NCBI RefSeq assembly: GCF_006345805.1
Contig: NC_043009.1
Coordinates: 31,372,001 to 31,436,000, forward strand
From: Octopus sinensis
Lineage: Eukaryota
Length of the DNA stretch: 64,000 nucleotides
Direction: 5' to 3'
Positions within the stretch are counted from its first letter, which is position 1. Every line of letters begins with the position of its first letter. The notes under the pieces are model-generated. The model worked only from the letters and a program-made list of their open reading frames with translations, did not search any database and was not told the DNA's origin. A program made the translations under genes and the position numbers. Shown here one piece after another: positions 38,410-51,974 of the stretch.

Positions 38410-38466
38410 CTTTCTGTTCAAGACCAAAGTACAGCAGCGATATTTCAAGACATTTGCTATAAGTTC
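38410..38466 (-). CDS. Candidate exon (57 nt, phase 0 to 0): ELIANVLKYRCCTLVLNRK
   Basis: Acceptor gctattattgcag|, donor AAG|gtagga; a phase-1 frame is also open. Confidence 0.45.
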
Positions 38467-38477
38467 CTGCAATAATA

Positions 38478-38621
38478 GCACCACCACCGCCACCACCACC
38501 ACCACCACCACCATCATTACCACCTTCACTGCCATCATCACTGTTATCATCAACATTACCACTACCATGCACCACCATAACAACCACCACCACTTCCATC
38601 ACTACCACCACCACCACCACC

Positions 38622-38655
<34 letters not shown>

Positions 38656-39090
38656 TCTCTACTACTACTGCTGCTGCTGCTGCTGCTACTACTACTATTA
38701 CTACTACCACACAACCACATCATTATTACCACCATCATCATCACCATTAATGTCCTAACCACTACCACCACTATCACCACCACCACTACTACTACTACAA
38801 CCACCACCAACAACAACACCATCACCAACAACACCACCACCATCATCCTCAACATTAATGTCATAACCAGTACTACATCCCCCACAACCACGCCTCCCAC
38901 CACTACTACCACATCCCCCCACCACCACTACCAACATTGATGCAACCATCGTCATCACAACCATCACGAGTACTACCAACAAAGCAACCACAACCTACAC
39001 TATTACAATTACCACTAATAGTATTACTACGCCTTCAACCACCATACTACCGCCAGCACCATCCCTTGTAATACCACTACTACCACAACC
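38478..39090. repeat. (ACC/ACT/ATC)n cryptic trinucleotide tract
   Basis: Direct inspection. Confidence 0.9.
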
Positions 39091-39416
39091 ATGCTGCATT
39101 TTATTGATTTGATGTAAGATATATACACCTATATATATCTCGTATGTTAGTATATATCTTTATAAATATATATCTTGTATTCTTTACTTTTTACTTTTAT
39201 TTGTTTCAGTCATTTGACTGCAGCCATGCTGGAGCACCAACTTAAAGAGTTTTAATGGAAGAAATCAAGCCCTGGACTTATTTTTTGTAAGCCTAGCACA
39301 TCTTCTATCGGTATCTTTTGCTGAACTGCTAAGTTACGTGCACCTAAACACACTAGCATCGGTTGTCAAGTGATGGTGGGAGGTGGTCAGACAAATACAG
39401 ACACACACAAATACAG

Positions 39417-39448
<32 letters not shown>

Positions 39449-39711
39449 GTATATATTTTTTATGCATTTTATGGTATTTTTTTGTTTTATTCAGGTTTCA
39501 TTTAATTTATATCATTTTTTTTTATTTCCCACAATTCTTTCTTTCCTGATTTTTAGCATATTTAATTCTTTTTGTTTCTTTTGAATTAATTTTGCATTTA
39601 TTCATCTTTTTTTTTATGGTCATCTTTTAAATATCAAAATATTTAAACACCGTTTAAGAAGCAATTATAACAAATGACATAACTTGAATATCTCTTTCTC
39701 TCTCTTTCACA

Positions 39712-40108
39712 CACACACACTCTTTTAGTTGTTTCCATCATTTAACTGTGGCCATGCTGGAGCACCCCCTTTAGTCGAGCAAATCGACCCCAAGACTTAT
39801 TCTTTGTAAGCCTAGTACTTATTCTATCGGTCTCTTTTACTGAATTGCTAAGTTACGGGGACGTAAACACACCAGCATCAATTGTCAAGCGATGTTGCGG
39901 GGACAAACAGACACACAAACATATACACACACATACATATATATATACATATACAATGGGCTTCTTGCAGTTTCCATCTACCAAATCCACTCACAAGGCT
40001 TTGGTTGGCCCAACACTATAGTAGAAGACACTTTCCCAAGGTGGAATTGAACCTGGAACCATGTGGTTGGCAAGCAAGCTTCTCACCAAACAGCCATACC
40101 TGCACCTG
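39712..40108 (-). mobile_element. tRNA-derived SINE family A
   Basis: Reverse-complement homolog of 23954-24340. Partial copies also lie at ~3712-3862, 6553-6680, 11650-11905, 20430-20545, 36455-36820, 39185-39400, 53505-53700 and 56020-56180. Confidence 0.85.
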
Positions 40109-40199
40109 TTAATATATATCACATATATATATATTGATATATATCTTACTTATGGCTGCGAGCTGGCAGAAACGTTAGCATGCCGGGCGAAATATATAT

Positions 40200-43010
40200 A
40201 TATCATCATCATCATCATCATCATCATCATTTAACGTCCGCTTTCCATGCTAGCATGGGTTTGGACGGTTCAACTGGGGTCTGGGGAGCCCGAAGGCTGC
40301 ACCAGGCCAGTCAGATCTGGCAGTGTTTCTATAGCTGGATGCCCTTCCTAACGCCGACCACTCCGAGAGTGTAGTGGGTGATTTTATGTGCCACCGACAC
40401 AGGTGCCAGACGAGGCTGGTGAACGGCCACGCTCGGATGGTGTTTTTATGTGCCACCGACACAGGTGCCAGACGAAGCTGGCGAACGGCCACGCTCGGAT
40501 GGTGTTTTTATGTGCCACCGACACAGGTGCCAGACGAAGCTGCCGAACGGCCACGCTCGGATGGTGTTTTTATGTGCCACCGACACAGGTGCCAGACAAG
40601 GCTGGCAGACGACCACGCTCGGATGGTGTTTTTATGTGCCACCGACACAGGTGCCAGACGAGGCTGGCGAACGGCCACGCTCGGATGGTGTTTTTATGTG
40701 CCACCGACACAGGTGCCAGATTAGGCTGGCGATCGGCCACGATTGGATGGTGATTGTTACGTGCCCACAGCATGGAGGCCAGTCAGTGCGGTACTGGCTA
40801 CGGCCACGTTCGGATGGTTTTCTTGTGTGCCACCGGCACTGGTACCACAAAGATACAAATTCCATTGATGTTCATCTATTTTGATTTTGTTTGATTTGAT
40901 TTTTGATTTTTTGATTTTCACTTGCCTCAACCGGTCTTCACAAGTGTCACAAGAAGGAAGGTATGCGCAGGTGGACTGACTACGTCCCAGGTAGGGGCCA
41001 TGGGTTATGGCCTGACTAGTCTTGCCGGGTCTTCTCACGCATAGCATACTTCCATAGGTCTCGGTCTCTAGTCATTTCCTTGGTGAGACCTAAAGTTCGT
41101 AGGTCGTGCTTCACCACTTCGTCCCAGGTTTTCCTGGGTCTACCTCTTCCACAGGTTCCCTCAACTGCTAGGGTGTAGCACTTTTGCACACAACTATCTT
41201 CAGCCATTCTCGTCATATGACCATACCAGCGCAGCCGTCTCTCTTGCACACCACAACTGACGCTTCTTAGGTTCAACTTTTCTCTCAAGGTACTTACACT
41301 CTGATGATTATGAACACTGACATTACACATCCATCGGAGCATACTGGCTTCATTTCTTGCGAGCTTACGCATATCCTCAGCAGTCATGGCCCATGTTTCA
41401 CTACCATGTAGCATGGCTGTACGTACACATGCATCATAAAGTCTGCCTTTTACTCTGAGCGAGAGGCCTTTTGTCACCAGCATGGGTAAGAGCTCTCTAA
41501 ACTTTGCCCAGGCTATTCTTACTCTAGCAGTTACACTTTCAGCACACCCACCCCCGCTACTGACTTGGTCTCCTAGGTAGCGGAAGCTATCCACTACTTC
41601 TAGTTTGTCTCCCTGGAACGTGGTAGCAGTTGGTCTCTGCACATTTCCAGTGTTTATTTCTCCTGAGCATCTGCCACATACGAAAACTATCTTCCCAGTT
41701 AGCCTACCTTTGACATTGCTGCACCTCTTATGTGTCCATAGCTTACACTTGGTGCACCTTATAGAGTTTCTACCTACACCTTTTTTACAGATCGAGCAGG
41801 GCCATCTACCTGAAGTCGTTTGTGGTTGGTCCACCTTCCTACTTATTAGGACTTTGGTTTTGGCTAGGTTGATTCTAAGGCCCTTCGATTCTAATCCTTG
41901 TTTCCACACCTGAAACTTCTCCTCCAGTTCTGATAGTGACTCAGCAATTAGAGCAAGGTCATCAGCATAGAGGAGCTCCCAGGGGCATCCTGTCTTAAAT
42001 TCTTCCGTTATTGCCTGGAGGACTATGATAAATAGGAGGGGACCGAGGACTGAACCTTGGTGGACCCCAACCTCTACCCGGAATTCTTCACTCTACTCGT
42101 TTCCAACCCTCACCTTACTAGCAGCGTCTCTGTACATGGCTCGCACAGCTCTCACTAACCATTCATCTATCCCTAGTTTCCTCATTGACCACCAGATAAG
42201 GGATCGGGGGACCCTGTCAAAGGCTTTCTCCAAGTCAACAAAAGCCAGGTACAAGGGCTTACCTTTGGCTAGGTATTTCTCCTGCAGCTGTCTTACCAGG
42301 AATATAGCATCAGTAGTACTTTTCCCTGGCACGAACCCAAACTGCATATCATCTAAGCTAACTCTCTCTCTAATTAACTGGGCTATAACCCTCTCCGTAA
42401 CCTTCATTACTTGATCCAACAGCTTGATGCCCCTGTAGTTATTTGTATCTAGGGCGTCACCTTTACCTTTGTAGCAGTTGACTATTATGCTGCTACACCA
42501 GTCATTGGGTATGACTCCTTCGTGTATCACCTGGTTAACTATACGGGTGACTATGCTATAGCCGACACTACCAGATATTTTGAGCATCTCTGCAGTAATT
42601 TCTGATGGGCCTGGGGCTTTCCCTGTCTTCATGCTTCTAATTGCCTTAGCTACCACGGAACTATCAACTCGGATAGCTGGTCCCTCTGTTGGGTCAACAT
42701 TCGGCAGACTCTCCTTATCCCATTCATTTTCCTCATTCAGCAACCTTTCATAGTGGCGTCTCCAAGCTTCTCTCTTTGCATCCTCATTTAGCGCAAGTGA
42801 ACCATCCTCCATGCGAACACATTTCTCTCCTACCACATCACGATTCTCTCTCACACACTGTCTTGCAACACGAAATACCTCAAGTCTTTCATCCTCACGG
42901 CGCAGGACATTGGCAAATTTTCTCTTATCTGCTTCCCCTCTGGCTAGATAGACCTGTCTCCTAGCTTCCCTTCTGGCAGTCTGATACACTTCCCTGCTAC
43001 CACCATTCAT
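40200..43010 (-). mobile_element. RTE-clade LINE, 5'-truncated and young: RT domain plus C-terminal region, one nonsense codon
   Basis: ORFs 42093..43010 and 41016..41909 are in one frame joined across a TAG (GNE*SEEF). Motifs include KAPGP, NYRGIKLL, QFGF, FVDLEKAFDRV, QGSVLSPLLF, LYADD, FRYLG and GRGRPRKTW. No APE domain. The 3' UTR ends in a (GAT)n tail at ~40200-40230. Confidence 0.95.
40388..40759. repeat. 62-bp tandem array (6 near-identical units plus diverged units) in the RTE 3' UTR
   Basis: GTGCCACC starts at 40388, 40450, 40512, 40574, 40636 and 40698. Confidence 0.95.
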
Positions 43011-43909
43011 ACATATATGCGGTGATTGCTCTAGCTTAACAGATGATTACTGTCTCCTTGTGCTTCCATGTTGGCATTACTGACACTCCATCCATGACCT
43101 CTCAGATGATTATTCAATCCAGTTGCACATCTGCATGGTTATGAACATAGGTGACAGACAAAAGTTGCCGCCTACCGGTTCACTTCCAGCTTCTTAGGTC
43201 TGCACACATTATCATTCTTCAGTTGTCAGAGAACATTCAATAGATGAGATGGGATGACAAAATGAAATCCCCATAAACAGACATCTGAACAACATAGGAT
43301 TATACTGATAAATGCCTATACAAAATGAGTCCCACTCTCTGAGTGTCCATGACTAGTACCTAGTGACAGGCCGAAGTGAGATGACCAGTAATCTTGTTAA
43401 ACTGCAGTTTATATATCAGAGTGTCACCCATCAAGAAGGATGCTGTGACAAAAGCAAGGAGTCCCTCACTCTCGGTGACACTCATATAGAATCCCCCACA
43501 CCTTGATACCAATAAGGGTATATCTGATTTTCTGCTCTCAGATGGGTTCTCATTACATAGAGTAGTTAAACCATGGCTGGGACCTTGACAAATGCTACTA
43601 CTCTGGGCCAGAATAGATCTGGAAGCAACAGGAGATAAGAGGTGTGTGTGTGTATGTGTGTATATATATATATATATATAATATATATATATATACACAT
43701 ATATATTTAAATATATAAATATAGAAATATTAAAATAACTAAGTCTCCCTTGTTCGAAGGTTATATGGATACAGTTTGTGTATCAAATAGCTAACTTAAG
43801 GCGATGGCCTCATGGAGCTAATAAGCGGACAGCTTTTTTCTTATTTTTATAAGAGTGCCATATTAGTATGGCGATAGCTATTATATAAATATATATATAT
43901 ATATATATA

Positions 43910-44200
43910 TACAGGGTCTTGCAGATAAATTGAGACAATTTTTATGATGCATATAAATACTAAAATAATGGCAGTAGACAGATATAATTTTAATGTAACA
44001 TTTATTGCAACAAAAACGTTTATCACTCAATATGGTCGCCCTTTTGAGCAATTACTGCCTCCACACAAGAAAGAAATTTTTTGCAGCTGCTGCAACCTCC
44101 GCCATTTTGATTTTGTGTGTCACACACATGATGCAAGTCTTCAAATTGTTGATACTTGAGTGTGGGGAAGAATTGGTCCTCTCTGTGTATAAATCTTTAT
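43910..44200. mobile_element. Tc1/mariner-like non-autonomous remnant
   Basis: Starts TACAGGGTCTTGCAGATAAATTGAGACAA after (TA)n and ends at another (TA)n; a matching right TIR is not clear. Confidence 0.35.
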
Positions 44201-44205
44201 ACACT

Positions 44206-44244
<39 letters not shown>

Positions 44245-44315
44245 AATATAAGGGTGAAAAAATTGGATATTACTTTAGTGCAGAAGCGTCCACATAGTGG
44301 ACCCTCTCTTATATT

Positions 44316-44352
<37 letters not shown>

Positions 44353-44355
<3 letters not shown>

Positions 44356-44772
44356 CACAGGAGTGATTGTGTGGTAAGTAGCTTGCTTATCAACCACATG
44401 GTTCCGGGCTCAGTCCTACTGCATGGCCCCTTGGACAAGTGTCTTCTACTATAGCCTCAGGCCAACCAAAGCCTTGTGAGTGGATTTGGTAGACGGAAAC
44501 TGAAAGAAGCCCGTCGTATATATGTAAATGTATATATATATATGTTTGTGTGTTTGTGTGTCTGTGTTTGTCCCCCCCCCCCACCAACATCGCTTGACAA
44601 CCGATGCTGGTGTGTTTATGTCCCCGTCACTTAGCGGTTTGGCAAAACAGACTGATAGAATAAGTACTAGGCTTACAAAGAATAAGTCCTGGGGTCAATT
44701 TCCTCAGCTAAAGGCATTGCTCCAGCATGGCCACATTCAAATGACTGAAACAAGTAAAAGAGTAAAAGAGTA
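44353..44772 (+). mobile_element. tRNA-derived SINE family A
   Basis: Full-length homolog of 23954-24340. Confidence 0.85.
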
Positions 44773-46926
44773 AATATATATATATGAGAAGTTTTGATAA
44801 ACACAAGTTTATATCATCTGTTCCTTCAGATGTTTCACCATTGTGGATCTTTGTATATATGTGCACCAGTATATAGGTGTGTGGCTGCTTCTATGTATGT
44901 ATACTTTCCTACATAATAAATACCTGTGTGTTTAGATTTAATTCATTTGAATTACATAAATTGTAATTTGGACACTTATGCTGTGTGAGGTCATAACCTC
45001 TTCAGATTTATGTATATTTGTGCTTATATGGCACTGGCCTGTACACATTTTCACTCAGCCAAATTTTAATCACATGATATTCCTTAGTTCCATAGAGGAA
45101 GATCTGGTTAGACTGTTGTTGACCAGACAAGAAAATAATGATTGAAACTAGTTCCTAACACAAAATTGGAGAAAAGCATGAAGATTCTAACATGCTGCTA
45201 ACTACTTCTACGATATTTTGCTTTTAGTTTAACCAAAATACATTTTCCATTAACTCTGTTTCTTGCAGGGAACCATAAGATAACAAAGGTCTGTGCAGTG
45301 GCTTCGATGGTAACTATGGCAACAAGTCTTGCGTTGTTTTTACCTTCAGGAGGTACTAAGCAATTGGACATCGATTCTATGAAAGAAACAGATCAAATTA
45401 AATATAGAAACTCTGGGATAATATGTGACCTTGTGTTATAAACTACCATTCTCTTGAGATATAGGAATTCTGAAAGACAAAGGCTCAATGATAAGAGAGT
45501 ATAGACAATTAAATTGATCTGTTATGTGATGTGAAGGCACAAGGCCTAGTGGTTAGGTTGTCACACTCACGATCGCTAGACCATGGGTTCGATTCCCAGA
45601 CCAAGTGGTGCATTGTGTTCTTGAGCAAAACACTTTATTTCTCATTGCTCCAGTTCCCACTTTCAATTGGGGGTGGGGGGAATATTGGCCTGCTCACCTA
45701 GCCAGCATCATTTGAAAGCTAAAACAATTTATAGCACATTGTGACTTGCGATGTGTAATAGCATTTGATAGTCTTATCAGTCACACGATCATGTGATTAA
45801 GTGACAGGTATTTAATTCAACCCACCTGAGACAATCCTTCGTTAAATGATCCAAACTACCTGTTAAATCTATCAAAATTTCATGTTAATTTATGTGTCAA
45901 ACACTAGCTTAATAATGGTAAAGTTATTTTCTTAATCGTGTTGTGTCTTGAGAGGGTCATTATGTCAATAACAACACACACACTGGTTCAATATCACTTC
46001 CTTATGGTTAGTGAATTTATTGAGTATCTAACCAACAAAGTAATCAATCATTTATTTAATGTGCTGGTTAAACAATCAATTGATTGTTAGTCTAAGTCCT
46101 TTCATCACTATTTATGACTTCTTCAATGACTTACCTTTTTTATTCCCCAAATTTTTCTTTAATTTCAAATTCAACTGAAACAAAGGCAGTGCATTTCAAC
46201 TGAAATAGGGTAACAGAAGGGTTAACATACCTGGAAGGATGAAATGCCAAAACTAACCCTGGTTGTAATTTGAACTTAGAATGTGGAGGGGAAAAGCTGA
46301 ATATAATAAAGCATGTTTCCACAGCTTCTGTTATTTTTATGTCCCCATCAGAACACTTTAGAAACTTTGTGAGTTGTGAAATAATTCAATTTTAATGGTA
46401 GAATTTGAAGTTAATAAAGCAATAAATAATCCTTTCCTCTATTGGTGCAAAGCCTGAAATTTGGGGGAGGGGATAAGACAATTATATTGACCCTAGAACA
46501 TGACTGGTACTTATTTTATCAACTCTGAAAGGATGAAAGGCAACAACAACTTTGGTGGAATTTGAACTCAGGATGTGAAGACGGACAAAATGCAGTGAAC
46601 CATTTCACCTGATATGTTACCGATTCTGCCATCTTGCTACATTATAAAGCTATAAATGACAGCATGCGATTATTGAGTTTAAAACCATTTTCCTTTTGAT
46701 GAAAATGGTTGAAGGCTGCCTCTGGGACTCAAACCCATATCTCATGAAAACATGGCAGACATTCTACCATTGAACCAAAGCAACCCTTTGAAATTTTATA
46801 TTCAGTCTAGAAATTTTGTTCATATCAGAAAGAACTTTGTGCTGTTTATGCCATAATGATTTAGAAATGTTGAAAGAATGTGAAATAATTTAATTTTAAT
46901 GGTAGAACTTTAAGAAGATAAAGTGA

Positions 46927-47245
46927 GGGCGCGTGGCTTAGTGGTTAGGGCATTCGGCTCATGATCGTAAGGTTGTGAGTTCGATTCCCGGCGACGCGTT
47001 GTGTCCTTGAGCAAGACACTTTATTTCACGTTGCTCCAGTCCACTCAACTGGCAAAAATGAGTTGTACTTGTATTTCAAAGGGTCAGCCTTGTCACTCTC
47101 TGTGTCACGCTGATTATCCCCGAGAACTACGTTAAGGGTACACGTGTCTGTGGAATGCTCAGCCATTTGCACGTTAATTTCACGAGCAAGCTGTTCCGTT
47201 GATCGTATCAGCTGGGACCCTCGTCGTCGTAACCGGCGGAGTCTT
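46927..47245 (+). mobile_element. tRNA-derived SINE family B, young CpG-rich copy
   Basis: A box TGGCTTAGTGG and B box GTTCGATTCC, followed by a TGTGTCCTTGAGCAAGACACTT central domain. Confidence 0.88.
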
Positions 47246-47736
47246 TAAAAAAAAGAAGATAAAGCTTTAAATAATTTAAGCCTGATTCTGAGAAACATGC
47301 CAGACCATTATAATCTGCTCTACAGTACACTGCTACATATGATATCATACACTGCATATTCTATACAACACTAGTCTTCTGTAGTACTGTACATTGCACT
47401 ACTATACTATATTTCTATAGTAACATATGACAATACTATGCTATATGTTTATACTGTTTGACCACAATACATCATACTGCTACACTACATCATGCTCTAT
47501 ATGCCTCTATTACCCTACCACAGCACATTACACTGCAACACTACACTTCTATAGTACCACAGAAGTACACTACTATACTATAGCTTTATAAAGCTGTGCT
47601 CTATGCCACAGCATAGTGCACCAAACTTGCTTATAGAAAACACCATGACTGTTTCAAGAGAAATCTGACATGGATATGCCATAAATTTCTAACATGAGAT
47701 ACTTTACAACAAGAGGGACAGCTACAGCAATAAAAG

Positions 47737-47767
<31 letters not shown>

Positions 47768-49054
47768 ACAGCAGCAGCAGCAGCAGCAGCAACAACAACA
47801 ACAACAACTACAGCAACAACTACAACAGAAGTCACGGCTACGACAATAAAATCTCAACATTTTCAACAATATCAACAAATAGTAAAACAAGTGTAACAAC
47901 AACAATAATAACAACTCCAAACAACAACAAAAACAACAATAATGACAGAGTATTAAAACATCAACAACTGCAACAACAATAATTGTAACTGCTACAGTAA
48001 TTCAACAATTGCTACCACAACAACAACAACAAGTATAAAACTAATAACGAAATAGGGCAGTTAGCGATATTTCTCCGAAACATTTAATAGGAAAAATTAT
48101 TATAAATAAAACTGTCGGAAATGAAAGCAAAAAATGTTTTATATTTTTCAATGATTCTATGAATAAGATGTTCCTATGGGAAATTCTTGAAATTCTACGC
48201 CAAATGGAAAAGAAAATTTGTAAACAAACAATCTAAAACAGAACGTATTAATTTGTCTATTAACTGAACGTTGACTGTTTTGGTTTTTCTTTGTTTGTTT
48301 TAATTTGTTTTTTTTTAGGTTTTTGTTTTTTTGTATTTTTTGGTTCTGTTCCACCAATAATCCAAGAGGCCACATATTGACCTGAACTCTGTGCACCCCG
48401 CCGTCACCAGGCTTTTTTAAAAATCTTCAGAAATCGTAGCACTAATCACCACCACCACCACCACCACCACCTCATACACACAGCCACCAAGAATTATAAG
48501 CAACAATAGCCTTATTGACATCTTTATCTAATAATTTTATAATGGTAAAGATAGGCAGTGGCACCGGATTTAGCAAAGATATTGCGTTTTTGACTTAATG
48601 TCTTGGAAAGATTAGTTTTAAAAGTTGCGTGGTGTTATGTGTATTTTTTCTCTATCTCTTCTTTGTTTATTATTTATATTTGTTAAACATTTACATATTC
48701 AGGCATTTAAATACTTTTTTCACCTATTTTTTTCTTTAACTCATTGTCCATCTTTCATTGCTGTCAATATTCAGATATTACTGCCCACCCTCTTCATGCA
48801 ATAATTCCGATGTTAGATTTGTTTTATCAACTTTTATACTTTTATTGTCTCTAACCTCACACCTCTCTTCTTTCTTTACTCTTCGACCCCTAATGTACAT
48901 TCAAGGAGAGAAATACAATTTGTTTTGTCCTTTTCCCCCATTTTTTTCTTAATTTATTTTCATTTTATTTTGCTGTTATCACAGTTGCAGCTGTTGTAGT
49001 TGTTGTAGTTGTAGTTGTTGTTGTTGTTGTTCTTCTTCTTCTTCTTCTTCTTCA

Positions 49055-49097
<43 letters not shown>

Positions 49098-49269
49098 GTC
49101 CAATTGATAAATCTTTCTGGTGAGTTGCATTTTACCCCCCTCCTGAGATTAAATGAATATTTCGTTTATCACTCATTGATTCTTTAAGTGTTATTCCATG
49201 ATTGTATATTTAGCTATGAAACCTCCCTCTCTCATTCTCAACAACTGCTACTGTTTACTATTATCATCA

Positions 49270-49304
<35 letters not shown>

Positions 49305-49744
49305 GGCAGTTTAAAGTAAGTTTCTTCTGCACCACTTGGTAAACCTTTATATTCCTGAGGTGTGTGTACCATTGTGTATTCATATTTTTAGTGAGGACAG
49401 TGTACTCCATTGGTTGGCTTTCATTACTGGGTTTGGTTTATATGAGTGTTTCATCTGTTGTATGTGGTCTGTGTAGCGTGAGTTGTGCTATTTTATTGGG
49501 CCTTAATCTCGTATAGCATCTACAGTTCTATATTTAAGAGATGAGAAATTATGTACATAATTTACATTATTTACATTTGATGGATATTTGTCCTTACCTC
49601 CTCTCTCTCTCTCTCCCTCTCTCGCTCTTTCATTCTCTCTAACTGCTACTGTTTACTATTATTATTATTATTATCATTATTATTATTATTATTATTGTTA
49701 TTATTATTATTATTATCATCATCATCATCATCATTATTATTATT

Positions 49745-50780
49745 ATTCAGTAGTTTTATTTTTATTTTTATAGTGTGCTTTCACTTCACTACCGAGCGCA
49801 GCTCTGTGTGCCTTGGGTATGTGCTGTGATTTGTTGTGATGCTCTGATGGTTATTGTATGGAAAGTGTTCTGCGTAGGATGTGTGCAGTGCCTAGTAGTG
49901 CAATTTTCTGTATGTTATATGTGTTTGTAAGTCCTGGTGTTTTTGTTATGTATTTGTCTGAATATTTTTTTATCATGCCTAATGCACCTACTATGATAGG
50001 AATTGTTTCTGTTTTCAGATTCCACATTCTAGTTACCTCTATTTCCAGGTCTTTGTATTTTGAGAGTTTCTCCATTTCTTTTAGAGACACGTTGTCATCT
50101 GCCGGTACTGATCCAAGTCTAAATCTCTATTATTTTCCTTCCATATTTTATATGTATGTGTTGTTGTATTTTCATTTTCTGGGTAGAGTACTGCTGTGAA
50201 GTATGCGTGTAAGATAGAAATGTATTCCTCACGTGTCCATTTACGTCTTTTGGGTTTTATTTGCGGGACATGAGGTACAGAGTCCGGCCCATTATTTTGA
50301 CGGTCGTCATTTTCGTAGGGTACCGGTCCGTTTATTTCTGTTGTCACATTATTTCGCACGTGTAGTTTTTCGTACATTTTTTGTTGTAGGTTTAATGTAC
50401 GTACCGCTCGATTGTTATTCTTGGGTTGACTAGTATCGGTGGCATTTAATTTCTTCGTAGTTCCTTTGTACATGGTGTTTGGGGTCGGAGATGATCGTGA
50501 TGTTTCACGCATGTTTACATGTGTTGCGTTAGAGGTGGAGATGATATCGAGTCAAAATACATCATTTCGTTTCGAAAATAGTAATAAATTTCAATTTGTA
50601 TTACTTACTCGGATACAGTCCAATTCTTTGTTAGTAAAACTTTGGCTCCATAGGATGTCCTTGTTTTCGATGTTTGTGGATAGGTTTCGGAGCTCTGAAT
50701 TTTCCTTCTTACATCTTAAAAGTCCCCCGGTGTTCCCTTACATCTTAAAAGTCCCCCGGTGTTCCCTTAAAAGTCCCCAC
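49745..50780 (-). mobile_element. Internally deleted R4/Dong element (5' end fused to 3' end)
   Basis: 49745-50103 is almost identical to 31115-31460. 50105-50780 encodes a Dong-like N-terminus (KRRKWTREEYISILHAYFTA..YKIWKENN). (TTA)n lies at both ends. Confidence 0.85.
50709..50780. repeat. 2.5 copies of a 29-bp direct repeat at the Dong 5' end
   Basis: TTACATCTTAAAAGTCCCCCGGTGTTCCC at 50709 and 50738, with a partial copy at 50767. Confidence 0.9.
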
Positions 50781-50827
<47 letters not shown>

Positions 50828-50829
50828 TA

Positions 50830-51225
50830 TTATTATTATACCTTTGCACAGCTTCTAACGCTGGAGATGTACTACAGCATCAGCTGTTCACTACTGGTGA
50901 ACTAAGGTAACACCTCTTATTTTTTAGCCCCATCCGGAGTATTCAAATGGTTCCAAGCAGTGCTGTTTTCTGCAAGTACTCCACTTTTATTGCAGCCCCT
51001 ATTTGTTCTATGTATTTCTTGGGATTTTTACTCACTGTTCCCAGAGCTCTGACAATTATTGGTACTACTGCTACTTTTTTCATCGACCACAACTGCTTAA
51101 CCACCTAAGCTAACATGTCATATCTGTCGATTTTTCTTTCTTCCTTATCACATACCTTGTTGTCAGCAGGGCATGCTATATCTATGATCCAACATAGTTT
51201 GCTTTCTTTCTCAATTAAGACTATG
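50830..51225 (-). mobile_element. R4/Dong-type 3' fragment (second family)
   Basis: Reverse-complement homolog of 25690-26070 and 51975-52370; flanked by (TTA)n. Confidence 0.8.
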
Positions 51226-51228
51226 TTG

Positions 51229-51283
<55 letters not shown>

Positions 51284-51356
51284 CATTATTATTATTATTA
51301 TCATTATCATTATTATCATTATTATTATTATTACTATTATTATTATTATTATTATG

Positions 51357-51392
<36 letters not shown>

Positions 51393-51892
51393 GGTAGTTT
51401 CATGTCAGTTTCTTCTGCACCACCTGGTAACGACAAGATGAGGACAAATATCTGTCAAATGTAATTAATGTAAATAATGTTGTATAGTATCTGTTGTGAG
51501 AATTGCATTGTTTTATATTATTAGGTGTTTATTGTATAGAGTGTGTATAGAGTATGAAGATGGTTCTGATAAGATGTGGACTGTTCCTAATAGAACTACA
51601 TTTTGGATGGTGTGTAGTGTTGTGAGCCCTGGGATGGCTTCTATGTTTCTCTGCATAACTTTTCACTGGTTTCAAATTTTAACACAAGGTCAGAAAATTT
51701 GAGGGGAGGGGTACCAATCTATTAAATTGATCCCACTGCTTAACTGGAACTTATTTTATTGACCCCCAAAAGGAGGAAGGGCAAAGTCGAACCCAGCAGC
51801 ATTTGACCTGAGAATGTAAAGGTAGATAAAAGACTGCTAAGCATTGTGTCCGGCATGCTAATGATTCTGCTAGCTCACTGCCTTTAAATGGT

Positions 51893-51949
<57 letters not shown>

Positions 51950-51974
51950 TTAATAATAATAATAATAATAATAA

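Noticed and set aside
40374-40884. Cys/His-rich repetitive ORFs and a CRISPR-like regular array
   Set aside because: A 62-bp tandem repeat without unique spacers inside a LINE 3' UTR in eukaryotic DNA; not CRISPR and not a zinc-finger gene.
43360-43640. ~90-codon minus-strand ORF with a good acceptor
   Set aside because: The plus strand resembles an interspersed repeat I associate with this genome type, and the open frame cannot be joined convincingly to the other exons.
46927-47000. tRNA gene-like sequence
   Set aside because: It has A and B boxes but no complete acceptor stem, continues into a SINE body, and occurs in several diverged copies; it is a SINE head.
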